DNA of 50,917 nt from Octopus sinensis. Taxonomy: Eukaryota. Shown piece by piece: positions 23,554-35,043 of this stretch (the first letter of the stretch is position 1; each line of letters begins with the position of its first letter). The notes under the pieces are model-generated. The model saw nothing but the letters and a program-made list of their open reading frames with translations, made no database searches and had not been told where the DNA came from. A program made the translations under genes and the position numbers. The DNA lies in contig NW_021834298.1 of the NCBI RefSeq assembly GCF_006345805.1, forward strand, positions 1-50,917, given 5' to 3'.

Positions 23554-24244
23554 TGCATAGAGACAGGCAGACAGAGAGGGGAGGGGGTTAGTTTCCTATT
23601 TCAGCGTCTATTTTCAACGAAATTAAAATTCGAACAGAATTGTGAAGAACGACGAAATTCCAGTTTCTGTTTGTGCGACGTTAGAAGAGAGAGAGAGTGT
23701 GTGTGTGTGTGCGTGTGTGTGAGTGTGTGTGTATGTGTGAGTGTGTGTGTGTGTGTATGTGTGAGTGTGTGTGTGTGTGTATATGTGTGAGTGTGTGTGT
23801 GTATGTGTGAGTGTGTGCGTGTGTGTGTGTGTGTGTGCGTGTGTGCGTGTGTCCTTTTCTACGAAGTAGGGAAGTAAACAGGAAAAGAGCACTTTCCGTT
23901 GCCATGGGGACTTCAGAGTAATCTGAGATGTTTCCATGTGGCTTCTTCCCAAATCACCCAAGATGAACTACCCCCTTTATTGGGGGGGATTCGATCTATT
24001 TGTTTGTTTGTTTGTTTGTTTGTTTGTTTGTTTGTTTGTTTTACTTAATTCTCTTTCTTCCACATTTTCTTATATTCTTCTTGTTATTGTTTCAGGCTCA
24101 ATTCAGACCCAGGATTTCTTTATGTCTTTCAACGTCTCGGCTCCTTCTGATCAGTTAAGAGAAAGCGACGGTGGAGAAGGAGGGGCTATTCTTAAGTAAG
24201 TTTAATGTTTTCTATTCCAGGCGCAAGGCTTAAAATTTCTGGGG

Positions 24245-24602
24245 AGGGGGCCAGTCGATCAGATCGACCCCAGTACGCAACTGGTACTTAATTTATCGAC
24301 CCCGAAAGGATGAAAGGCAAAGTCGACATCGGCGGAATTTGAACTCAGAACATAAAGAAAAACGAAATACCTATTTCTTTACTACCCACAAGGTGCTAAA
24401 CACAGAGGGGACAAACAAGGACAAACAGACGGATTAAGTCGATTATATCGACCCCTAATGCGTAACTGGTACTTAATTTATCGACCCCGAAAGGATGAAA
24501 GGCAAAGTCGACCTCGGCGGAATTTGAACTCAGAACGTAACGGAAGACGAAATATGGCTACGCATTTCGCCCGGCGCGCTAACGTTTCTGCCAGCTCGCC
24601 GC
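24245..24602 (-). mobile_element. SINE family A, dimeric
   Basis: Two bodies joined at the same GAAATACCTATTTC junction as in the arrays. Confidence 0.8.
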
Positions 24603-24996
24603 CTGCTCGAGTGAATTTAATGAAAGGTGTGCCAAAATGACAAAAAACGCCAGAGTGGACGACACCAATCTAGATATAGGCCTGTAAGTTGACCCACAAG
24701 AATTAGAGAGGGCACATGCTTTTGGTAACCAGAAAGATCCTGGATGGCAGAGTTCTTCCATTGCCCCGAGAGGTCCTCTTGTACCGGGAGGACAACTTCT
24801 ATATTTATTTCTATTCATACAGATGAATAATATATATATATATACTTGTTTTCTTCTGTTAATAGTGTATATTTTCTACATACATTCAAAAATTAAACAC
24901 AGTAAACTGATATAAAGAGGACAAATGGTATACATGCTTCTAATTAATATAATCAGGAATTAATATAAACAGGGAAGAAAAAACAATACATATATA

Positions 24997-25069
24997 TACC
25001 TCCGACGGGACTCGAACCCGCAATCCCCGGCTTAGGAGGCCGGTGCCTTATCCATTGGGCCACGAAGGC
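24997..25069 (-). tRNA. tRNA-Arg-CCT: tRNA-Arg(CCT), U5 variant
   Basis: C5>T gives a U5:G68 wobble; otherwise consensus. Confidence 0.9.
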
Positions 25070-25564
25070 AACTGCACAAGGTAATTCTTTTCTTATACTT
25101 TAAAGTCAAAAGAAGCACAGGCCGTGCTGATTAACGGCTGCTGATTAATTACATTAAGCATTAATTACTTTTACGTTGAAACATTTCCGAACTGAATCGT
25201 TTAATGAACTTTACAAGAATAAGATTTCATCTTTTGTCTTTTTACTTCGAACAGTCATTAGACTGCTGCCACGCTGGGGCACCTCCTTGAAGAAAGACAC
25301 TGCTGACCTCAGCGGTATTTGAACTCAGAATGTAAAGTGTCGAACGAAATGCAATTACGTGTTTTGTCCGATGCGCAAACGATTCAGCCAATTCACCTCC
25401 TTCGTTTCTGGACTCTGACAGTCTGGGAATCTCTTCTAATCCGCACTAATTTACGGGCAGGAACTTCAAATTCCTGCTGCCGCCAAAACTAGTTTACTGA
25501 GCGAGCGGCCCTCTTTCGCCGTACCTCGCACAGTTTAGTATTAATAACCTTGTGTCATTTAAAC

Positions 25565-26535
25565 CACAGGGCGCTACCGCCCCCCGGTGAGCATTGAGAG
25601 GGTCTAGGTGAGTGCCGGTGCCTAAGGGGGGGGGTGCGGTAGAGAAAAAGGAGGCGTTGTGAAGAAGACAGTAGATTGGGGGATTGCTATGAATTTATTA
25701 TGATATCGCTTTAGTATTATATACAAATTATGTGGAATGGGAAGCACTCCGCCGGTTACGACGATGAGGGTTCCAGTTGATCCGAACAACCTGCTCGTGA
25801 AATTAACGTGTAATTTCTTTATTTCGTGAAATTAACGTGTAATTTCTTTATTTCGTGAAATTAACGTGTAAGTGGCTGAGCACTCCACAGACACGTGTAC
25901 CCTTAACGTAGTTCTCGGGGATATTCAGCGTGACACAGAGAGTGACAAGGCCGGCCCTTTGAAATACAGGTACAACAGAAACAGGAAGTAAGAGTGAGAG
26001 AAAGTTGTGGTGAAAGAGTACAGCAGGGATCACCACCATCCCCTGCCGGAGCCTCGTGGAGCTTTTAGGTGTTTTCGCTCAATAAACACTCACAACGCCC
26101 GGTCTGGGAATCGAAACCGCGATCCTATGACCGCGAGTCCGCTGCCCTAACCACTGGGCCATTGCGCCTCCACACAAATTATGTAATATTATATTAAATA
26201 CCAAATGATTCATAGTATATCTATACAGCCTTGGTTTTTTTTATCTTATTACGCAGAAAATTCTTATATACACACGCTGACATAGAACCAGCGTTGAACC
26301 CGTTATTCGCAATATTACCAAATCTGAAACTTAACTATGGTCTGTCTATAGCACCTATTCAGTATTACCTGACACCTTTGGGTCTCAATGACACCATTAT
26401 CTCTTATAACCTCAACTTCTCGCTACTATAAAACATAAAATATTTATCTATAGATAAAAATAGGGGTGGGGATGTTGAGGGTATTGTGTGGCCATGGGGG
26501 GAGGGGCGGTGACCTCAAAAGTTTGAGAACCTCTG
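25565..26535. mobile_element. hAT (Charlie-like) non-autonomous element
   Basis: 8-bp TSD ATTTAAAC (25557-25564 and 26536-26543, NTNTANAN pattern); right end AAGTTTGAGAACCTCTG; left TIR degenerate. Confidence 0.65.
25734..26173 (-). mobile_element. tRNA-derived SINE family C, full length, nested in the hAT element
   Basis: A box TGGCCCAGTGG, B box GGTTTCGATTCC; 11-bp TSD ACAAATTATGT (25723-25733 and 26174-26184); internal 29-bp triplication at 25795-25872. Confidence 0.88.
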
Positions 26536-27063
26536 ATTTAAACTAATATACAGGTTCCTGCATTTTATTTAACTATGTAAGTAAACTTAATATTTGTTTA
26601 ATTTAGAGACGCCTCCCCACCTCCTCTCCCGTTTAGAAAAATCAGTAATCCGGAGAGGCGTTGGTTCAGGAAAATCGATGTTGTACCAGTAATTACGAGG
26701 GTTGCGGGGGGGGGGGAGTGCAGTTCACCTCCGTCGCGAGTCCTCTCGTAACGTCGATTCTTGCTAACCGCGATATGTCCGTGAGAGCCCTACACGCCTA
26801 ATCTCTGGTCATAACCGAATGGCAAATTCCTTCAACTTGCGGGGCAACACACGTCTGCGAAGTACGACGACCCCACCCCCAGCAAAAGAGGCCCACGCTA
26901 GTCATGCTTCCGCTCACATGACTTTCCTTGTTCCTCTCCTTCCGGCAAGGTCTCTCGGTCGTTCGCGTGTCTCCCCAGACCTTACACTTCGGACCCATCA
27001 CAGCCCCACAGCTTAAAAAGTGTTTCGAATTCTTAGAAGGAGGGAGAAAAAAATTATCAAATA

Positions 27064-27136
27064 TACCTCCGACAGGACTCGAACCCGCAACCCCCGGATT
27101 AGGAGGCCGATGCCTTATCCATTGGGCCACGAAGGC
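27064..27136 (-). pseudogene. tRNA-Arg-CCT: Degenerate tRNA-Arg(CCT)
   Basis: Full length but with a C31:T39 anticodon-stem mismatch, T27:G43, a T-stem change, a variable-loop change and U5. Confidence 0.75.
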
Positions 27137-27331
27137 GTCTGAAAGAAAATTGCTTTCTTTTCTGCTTTGAAGTAAAAAAAAAAAAGAAAAAGAAAAAAGA
27201 AAAGAAAAAAAAACTGAATCATATATGCGACGCAACTCGAAACGGCAATCTCTGGCTTTGAGCCACAGAAGCTACGACGAAAGATAAACTTGTCTAAAAT
27301 TCTGAAGTCAAAATAGAACAATAATTATATA

Positions 27332-27737
27332 CTCTTTTACTTGTTTCAATCATTTGACTGTGACCATGCTGGAGCACCGCATTTAGTCGAGCAAATCGAC
27401 CCCAGAACATATTCTTTGTAAGCCTAGTACTTATTCTATCGGTCGCTTTTGCCGAACCGCAAAGTTACGGGGACGTAAACACACCAGCATCGGTAGTCAA
27501 GCGACGTTGGGGCGACAAACACAGACACACAAACGTATACACACACACATATACATATATATATACATATATACGACGGGCTTCTTTCAGTTTCCGCCTA
27601 CCAAATCCACTCACAAGGCTTTGGTCGGCCCGAGGCTACAGTAGAAGACACTTGCTCAAGGTGCCACGCAGTGGGACTGAACCCGGAACCATGTGGCTGG
27701 TAAGCAAGCTACTTACCACACAGCCACTCCTACGCCT
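27332..27737 (-). mobile_element. SINE family B, full length
   Basis: Reverse complement of 19891-20285. Confidence 0.85.
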
Positions 27738-28242
27738 GTCTTGGAGGATATTAATTATTAGCTTACGTGCAGGTAATTATTTTGTTTGATTATTGGTTAA
27801 TTACCTTGATCGTTAAATGAACGTCATGAAATATAAAAAGCAGATGTGTCGAAGACGCTCCATCCTGGCCCCACTCTCTTTCTTCAAAAGAATTGCTTTG
27901 AATTTTTGTGTTTCCATCATCGAAAATAAAGATGTTATCCCCCAAAACAGCTAGAGGAAGAGAGAATGAGAAAACTAGAATTTCAGACAAAAAACATGGT
28001 TGTCAGAGAATTGGCTGTTATTTCTAGCATGTGGAACGACTACCATAAGCCCTCTCACATTACGTTAGCTTATTCGTAAAGCATTTACGCATGCGCAAAT
28101 GTGCGGATCAGTTTAAAAACATCCGGTATGGGCTGAGGTGGGTGGTGTGTGTAGTGGGTACCCTGTGTATGGAGGGAGAATTTAAAAAAAAAATGGAATT
28201 TTGAAGGGGAAAAAAAGGGGTTTTATTTTTCAGAATGCTCAA

Positions 28243-28582
28243 CGGGGCTAATGCAGTTTCGCACCTCTCCTTGAAAAATGCATTTTTTTGAAAAAGTTTT
28301 TTCGGATTCCTAGGTTTTTAGATGTCGGAGATTACGAATATGCAAAAAAAAAAAAGAAGAAAAAAAGGCGCACCGGGACCACTCTTCTTAAATAGTACCA
28401 TTATTATTCACGATTATTTCAGGCAAACACAAGTAAAACGCAAATGCCTGTATTTAATTTCGATTTTCATGTCAATTCGCTACGATCACTTTAAAGTAAA
28501 AATCTAAAACGTAGGAATCCGGAAAAAGTTTTTGAAAAAGTTGCATTTTTCATGGAGAGGTGCGAAACTGCATTAAACCCTG
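28243..28582. mobile_element. MITE-like element with ~80-bp imperfect TIRs
   Basis: 28243-28322 complementary to 28502-28582; no clear TSD. Confidence 0.6.
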
Positions 28583-29689
28583 CTAATCTCCGTATTTTTC
28601 CGTGAGGCGTTAAAAAAAAAAGCAATAAATAAATAAAACGAAATGTAAAGACAATCAAAATCAACCAAACTGATACCAATGGTAGTAGTGTTGGCCACGG
28701 GGTTCAGGCTGCCGTGCAATGGGATTGAACCCCAAAACACGTGAATAGAAAACGAACTTTTTAAACCCATAGCTTTGCCATAATAAACGATCTTGATACG
28801 ATAGAAATAAAAATTAGCGTTTGGTCGTTTGAAGAGAACTGGTAGAATCGTTAGCGCGTCGAACGAAGCGGTCAATGACATTTCGTCCCTGTTCACGTTT
28901 TGAGTTCAAGTTCCACCGAGGTCGACTTTTTCATTTATCCTTTCGGGGTCGATGAAATAAGTACCAGTCATGTACTAGGGGGGAGGGGCGATGTAACCGA
29001 CTTACCCCACACCGGAAGTGCTGACTTTGTACCAAAATTCGAAACCAATATTCATTTTATTTATCTTTTACTTGTTTTAGTCATTAGATTGTGGCCATGC
29101 TGGGGCACCACCGTGAAAAGCTTTAGTCGAATGAATCGGTACTTCTTCCATCGGTTTATTTTGCTGAATTACGGGGACGTAAACATGCCAACGCCGGTTA
29201 TCAGGTGTTGCTGGGGGAAAAATGCATGCACAAAGACACAAACACACAAACATGTACATATACGACGGGCTTTTTCCAGTTTCCTTCTGACAAATTCACT
29301 CACAAGGCTCTGGTCGGCCCGTGGCAATAAATGGTAGAAGCCACAGACAGTTGGACCGAATCTGGAACCATGTGGTTGGGAAGCAAGCTTCTTACCACAT
29401 ATTCACGCCTGCGTCTATTGTTGGGAAAAGGCCTCAAACGATTGGTATCCAGACTGTGTAGTACAGCGAGCGTTCTACTTCAAGTTGTGACGTATGGTTA
29501 CGTTTATATATCTATATATATATAAAGCTGAAGTTGTTTGTGTATGACAGGTTTGGCAGCCTTCAACTAACACTATCTCCTCCGAGACCCAGCGGCGCAA
29601 ATTGACCAAAATTGAGAGTATGATAGAAGAAGGCTTGCTCTTCCTTCTGAGAAAAAAAATACAAAGAAAGGATTTTATAAATGACGATT

Positions 29690-29716
29690 CACCTCCGAAA
29701 GAACTCGAACCCGTAA
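29690..29716 (-). pseudogene. 3' fragment of the degenerate tRNA-Arg paralog (same type as 34971-35043)
   Basis: CACCTCCGAAAGAACTCGAACCCGTAAT, with the same 3' flank as the 31611 and 34971 copies. Confidence 0.7.
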
Positions 29717-29798
29717 TTATAACTCTTAATTTATACTTCTTAATTGAACACATTTAGATTTAATGTTAAATACAAAGACAAGGGTGATTTATTCAGGA

Positions 29799-29871
29799 GC
29801 CTCTGTGGCCCAATGGATAAGGCACCGTCCTCCTAAGCCGGGGATTGCGGGTTCGAGTCCCGTTAGAGGTA
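29799..29871 (+). tRNA. tRNA-Arg-CCT: tRNA-Arg(CCT), T6:A67 type with extra changes
   Basis: T6:A67; G7:T66 wobble; T30:C40 anticodon-stem mismatch; T7 terminator at +4; function uncertain. Confidence 0.75.
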
Positions 29872-30927
29872 GAGTTTTTTTATTATTAACACCAAAAATC
29901 ATTTACATCAAAAAGGTGCTTTTTTTTCTATGAAAATCCCTATTTTTTACGATTTTTTGACTGCTGTGTCGCCATTTTTCAGTGTATTTCAACCAGAAAA
30001 ATGTTCACTTAAAGAGAATAACAAGCTACATTATGCAAAATTTTTACTTTTCAAAAATTGCGATTCTAAGGGGTCGAAACAAACCCGAACAACGCCGGGC
30101 GGTACTGCTAATCTTTGATAATTAAATTTTTAAAAGCTACGAACAAACCAACAGGAGTTGCTAGAAATAACAATCAAAACATTAAAATATACACGAGCAA
30201 AGTTAACAAAACATTAAAACATTCCTGAGCAAATTAAATATTTAAGAACTGCGAACAAACCAACAGGAGTTGCTAGAGATAGCAGTCAAAAATTCAAGAA
30301 CGAAAGTTTGCAATACAATCTAGGATTTTATAAAATAAATTCACTTTCTCGTATCTCCTTCTCCACATAAATTCACAAATATAAGAGTCAACCATCCCTT
30401 ATGTACTTTCAATTTGTTGAATGTGAGACCCATCTGTTATGAAAACAATTATAGAACAAGTGGTGGTGACACTCATTGTGCGCATGCGCAGCATCTTTGG
30501 TTACAATAGAAACAGACTTCTTCGTCTAACATAATCGCTTCTGATTGGCTAAAATACTCAAATTTTGGAAAGTTTAAAGGCTAATAACTTCTTAATTATG
30601 GTTTTATAGGGAAAATGAATTTCATTTTCATAATTAGTTTACAAAACTTAATCCATAAACCAAATTTGAAAACAGTTCGAACAAAATTGTAAACAGTGAC
30701 GAAAACCGAGAAAACGAATAAGAGCCGGGGGTGGGGGAAGAGGCTAAGCAGCCGCTACAGAGAATGGAACTCTGTATCTCTTGAATTCCGACTGAGCGGT
30801 CTACACCATTGAACTAAACAATCTATGACAACCGATTCCGTCTCTTAGTTACAAGTCAATTATACCTCTTAATTTAACACATTTAGATTTAATGTTAAAT
30901 ACAAAGACAAGGTTGATTTAACAAGGA

Positions 30928-31000
30928 GCCTCTGTGGCCCAATGGATAAGGCACCGGCCTCCTAAGCCGGGGATTGCGGGTTCGAGTCCCGTCAGAGGTA
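30928..31000 (+). tRNA. tRNA-Arg-CCT: tRNA-Arg(CCT), T6:A67 type
   Basis: Intact cloverleaf with compensatory acceptor-stem pair; T6 terminator. Confidence 0.95.
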
Positions 31001-31286
31001 GAGTTTCTTTTTTATTCTTTTTCTCAATGAGGTGTTTATTTTTTGAAGTCTATTAGTCAGGAGAGAGAGTCTCCAAGGCATATTGGAGGAGTGAATGAAG
31101 AAAGTATCGTCAGATCGGAAGCCTGGCACCATTTCTGGTAAACATTATGCAAAGTAGAGGTGGTAAAGAGAGCGATAAGTTAACACTACCGCCACCTTAG
31201 CAAACCACGGTGGGATTTGAACTCAGAAAATAATGAGCTGGAACAAATACTCCACCTCATTGAGAAAAAAAATAAAAAAGAAACTC

Positions 31287-31359
31287 TACCTCTGACGGGA
31301 CTCGAACCCGCAATCCCCGGCTTAGGAGGCCGGTGCCTTATCCATTGGGCCACAGAGGC
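31287..31359 (-). tRNA. tRNA-Arg-CCT: tRNA-Arg(CCT), T6:A67 type
   Basis: Identical to 30928-31000, convergent orientation. Confidence 0.95.
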
Positions 31360-31610
31360 TCCTTGTTAAATCAACCTTGTCTTTGTATTTAACATTAAAT
31401 CTAAATGTGTTAAATTAAGAGGTATAATTGACTTGTAACTAAGAGACGGAATCGGTTGTCATAGATTGTTTAGTTCAATGGTGTAGACCGCTCAGTCGGA
31501 ATTCAAGAGATACAGAGTTCCATTCTCTGTAGCGGCTGCTACAACCAGGTGTTCTTTCTTGCCTCGGTGAGAAAAAAAAAGACAAAGAGAGGATTTTATA
31601 AATGACGTTT

Positions 31611-31657
31611 CACCTCCGAAAGAACTCGTAATCCCCGGGCCACTGGGCCACGGAGGA
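31611..31657 (-). pseudogene. Internally deleted tRNA-Arg relic
   Basis: Paralog of 34971-35043 with two deletions removing part of the T arm and the anticodon arm. Confidence 0.75.
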
Positions 31658-33825
31658 TTCTGAATAAACCGTCCTTGTCTTTATATCTAACGTTAATGTT
31701 ATATATTAATTTAAGAGTTATAATTAACTTGTAACTAAGAGACGGGTTCGGTTGTCAAAGATCGTTTGACTTAGTTGAGTAGAGCTCTCAGTTGGAATTT
31801 AAATGATACAGAGTTCGATTCTGTGTGGCGGCAAGTTAGCCTCTTTTTCTCGATTCTCTCATCTGTTTCTGTAGCTATTCTGCGTTCGAGATTTCCGTCG
31901 TTTCTAAAATGTTTATAGTTATTTCGATTCACGAGTTTCTTGGCAATCTTTGGTTTAGAGTGAAACGTATCTGCCGGATTGATAACGAAAGTAAAAAAAC
32001 CTAGAAAAATACAAAAATAAAGTTTTGGTACCATCAATATGGAAATGCTTAAATATCATTATCACTGATCATTCATCTTTACGTTCAGAAGTTGACTCTG
32101 TCTTTAAAGATATAAATCAACTTGAAGCTAAAAGACGGAGTCGATAAATAAAGTACCAGCTGGACACTGGGGTCGATGTAATCGACTTAGCCCTCTCCCG
32201 AAATGGTAGGCATTGTTCCAAAATATGACACCATTTTTACAGATGTTATTTTTATCGTTACGTTCTGAGTTCAAGTTCCACCGAGGTCCAGTTTGCCTTT
32301 CATCCTTATCAGTACCAGTTAGACACTGGGGTCGATGTAATTGCTTATCCCCTTTCGCAAAGAACTACTGGCCGTGTACCGAAATTTGAAACTATAATTA
32401 CAGATTTCTTTAGGATAGCGTGCTAGCAGAATCGTTGGCGTGTCGGACAAAATGTATAGATACATTTATTCCGGCTTTTTATACTCTGAGTTCAAATACT
32501 GCCCAGGTCGACTTTGACTTTCATTCTTTTGGAGTCGATGAAATAAGTACCAGTTACGAACTGGGGTCGATATCATTGGTTGCCCCCCCCCCCGACACAC
32601 GCAATTCCAGGCCTTCTATCTATAGTAGCAAGGACTTATTTCAGTCATTAAACTGCAGCCATACTGGAGCACCACCTTGAAGAATTGTCTCGTGATTTGA
32701 ACCAAAAATATTGATTTCAAAATTCCGCACAGGGTCAACAATTTTGCTTCAACCCTAGTACTCAACTGGTATTTATTTTATTGACCCGGGAAGAATGAAA
32801 GGCAAAGGCTACCTGGCCGAAATTTCCCCTCCTAACACAACGACGGACGAAATGCTGCTAAGTATTTTTCCCGGCGCAATAACGATTCTGCCAGTTCGCT
32901 GCCTTATTTGAACCAGGAATATTGGTTTGAAATTTTGCCACAACGTTGGCAATTTCAGGATGATGGGTAAGCCGGTCACATCCAGCCCCAATAACTGGTA
33001 CTTACTTTATCGACCCCAAAACTTTGAACCAGAAATATTGGCAGATGAAATCAAACACTAGAAGATGTTATCATATTCCAGATTGTCACGCTCCCAAAAG
33101 TCTAAAGATTTATTGAGATTTATGAATGATAGAATCAACACGTTTCAAATGAGTGATACTTCTTGTATTTTATAATTTGTCGTTGGAGGAAGAAAAGGCT
33201 TCAGTGTTAAGCAGACATATGTAGAACAAGGAGAAGGAAGGAAATTAGATATTGTTTGACATGGCATAATCGGTAGAGCGTCTGAGAAAATGCTTTGTGG
33301 CATATATTTCCAAACTCGGCGTTCTGAGTTCAAATTCTGTCATGATTAGCTTCACCTTTCAGAGTCAATTAATAAGAACCATTCCAGAGTGGTTCGTTGG
33401 CCGAACTGTAAACTCGTCTATGATCGAATATCTTGCGGTATTTGTTCCAGCTCATTATTTTCTGAGTTCAAATCCCACCATGGTTTGCTAAGGTGGTGGT
33501 AGTGTCAACCTATCGCTCTCTTTACCACCTCCACCTTGCATAATGTTTACCAGAAATGGTGCCAGGCTTCCGATCTGACGATACTTTCTTCATTCACTCC
33601 TCCAATATGTCTTGGAGATCCTATCTCCTGATTAATAGACTTCAAAAAATAAACAATTAACTCCAAAGGATGAAGAAATGACCACAGAAGAATTTTGCTA
33701 TTTATTTGAAAAGAAAAATGGTTTAAAAAGATGTAGGGGGCAGTTCCAACCAAGTATGCTTTCCTGACCCCACCTCATTGAGAAAAAAAAAACAAAGCAA
33801 AAATTCTTTTTACAGAACGACTCTT

Positions 33826-33898
33826 TACCTCCGACGGGACTCGAACCCGCAATCCCCGGCTTAGGAGGCCGGTGCCTTATCCATTGGGCCACGGAGGC
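33826..33898 (-). tRNA. tRNA-Arg-CCT: tRNA-Arg(CCT), consensus copy
   Basis: Identical to consensus; TATAAA at -28 to -23. Confidence 0.96.
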
Positions 33899-34376
33899 TT
33901 CAGAATTAACTGTCCTTGTCTTTATATTTAATGTTGATTTTATATAAATTAATTTAAGAGTTATAATTAGCTTGTAACTAAGGGACGGGATTGGTTGTCA
34001 AGGTTCGTTCAGTTCAGTTGAGTAGAGCGCTCAGGTGGAATTTAAGAGATACAGAGTTCCATTCCCTGCTTAGCCTCTTCCCCACCCCCGTCTATGAAAG
34101 TATTTTACCCGATTTTTTGTTTTCATGGCTATTATCCTACATTCGAGATTTCTCTCGAAACATATAACACACACACATACATACGCGTGCGCGCAGCGAG
34201 CACACTCCCCCACACACCAAGAGAGTGGATGGAAAAGAAACAGGTAGAAGTGAGATGATTGAATTATATTTATGTGTGTGTGTGTGTGTGTGTGTGTAAG
34301 GTGTGTGTGCGTGCGAGTGTGTATTCTGTCATATATCAAGAAAAAAGATTTAAGTAAAAAAAATGAGGTTAAATCA

Positions 34377-34443
34377 TACCTCCGACGGGACTCGAACCCG
34401 CAATCCCCGGATTAGGAGGCCGGTGCCTTATCCATTGGGCCAC
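34377..34443 (-). pseudogene. 5'-truncated tRNA-Arg(CCT)
   Basis: Lacks nt 1-6; C31:T39 mismatch; fused to an upstream flank of the 30928/31287 type. Confidence 0.85.
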
Positions 34444-34970
34444 CCTTGTCTTTGTATTTAACCTTAAATCTAAATGTGTTAAATTAAGAGGTATAATTGA
34501 CTTGTAACTAAGAGACGGAATCGGTTGTCATAGATTGTTTAGTTCAATGGTGTAGACCGCTCAGTCGGAATTCAAGAGATACAGAGTTCCATTCTCTGTA
34601 GCGGCTGCTTAGCCTCTTCCCCCACCCCCGGCTCTTATTCGTTTTCTCGGTTTTCGTCACTGTTTACAATTTTGTTCGAACTGTTTTCAAATTTGGTTTA
34701 TGGATTAAGTTTTGTAAACTAATTATGAAAATGAAATTCATTTTCCCTATAAAGCCATAATTAAGAAGTTATTAGCCTTTAAACTTTCTAAAATTTGAGT
34801 ATTTTAGCCAATTAGAAGTATTTTAGACACCACCGTGGCGAAGAAGTCTGTTTTTATAGTAACCAAAGATGCTGCGCATGCGCACTCCTTGTTGACAGTT
34901 AGAACCAAGTGTTCTTTCTTGCCTCGGTGAGAAAAAAAAAGACAAAGAGAGGATTTTATAAATGACGTTT

Positions 34971-35043
34971 CACCTCCGAAAGAACTCGAACCCGTAATCC
35001 CCGGCTTAAGAGGCCAGTGCCTTACCCATTGGGCCCCGGAGGA
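34971..35043 (-). pseudogene. tRNA-Arg-derived pseudogene with anticodon CTT (Lys)
   Basis: TCCTCCGGGGCCCAATGGGTAAGGCACTGGCCTCTTAAGCCGGGGATTACGGGTTCGAGTTCTTTCGGAGGTG; T8>G, C61>T, T stem disrupted. Confidence 0.85.

Larger units (their letters stand above)
29511..30111 (+). mobile_element. Non-autonomous Helitron-like element containing a tRNA cassette
   Basis: 5' A|TC followed by (TA)n at 29510-29512; 3' GC hairpin CCCG-AACAACGC-CGGG (30084-30099) then CTAA|T (CTRR, 30108-30112); no TSD. Confidence 0.55.
30747..31540. repeat. Inverted duplication with 288-bp arms (30747-31034 and 31253-31540) and a 218-bp spacer
   Basis: Paired coordinates sum to 62287 at both arm ends and at the tRNA ends; one mismatch seen in the T tract. 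Confidence 0.93.
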
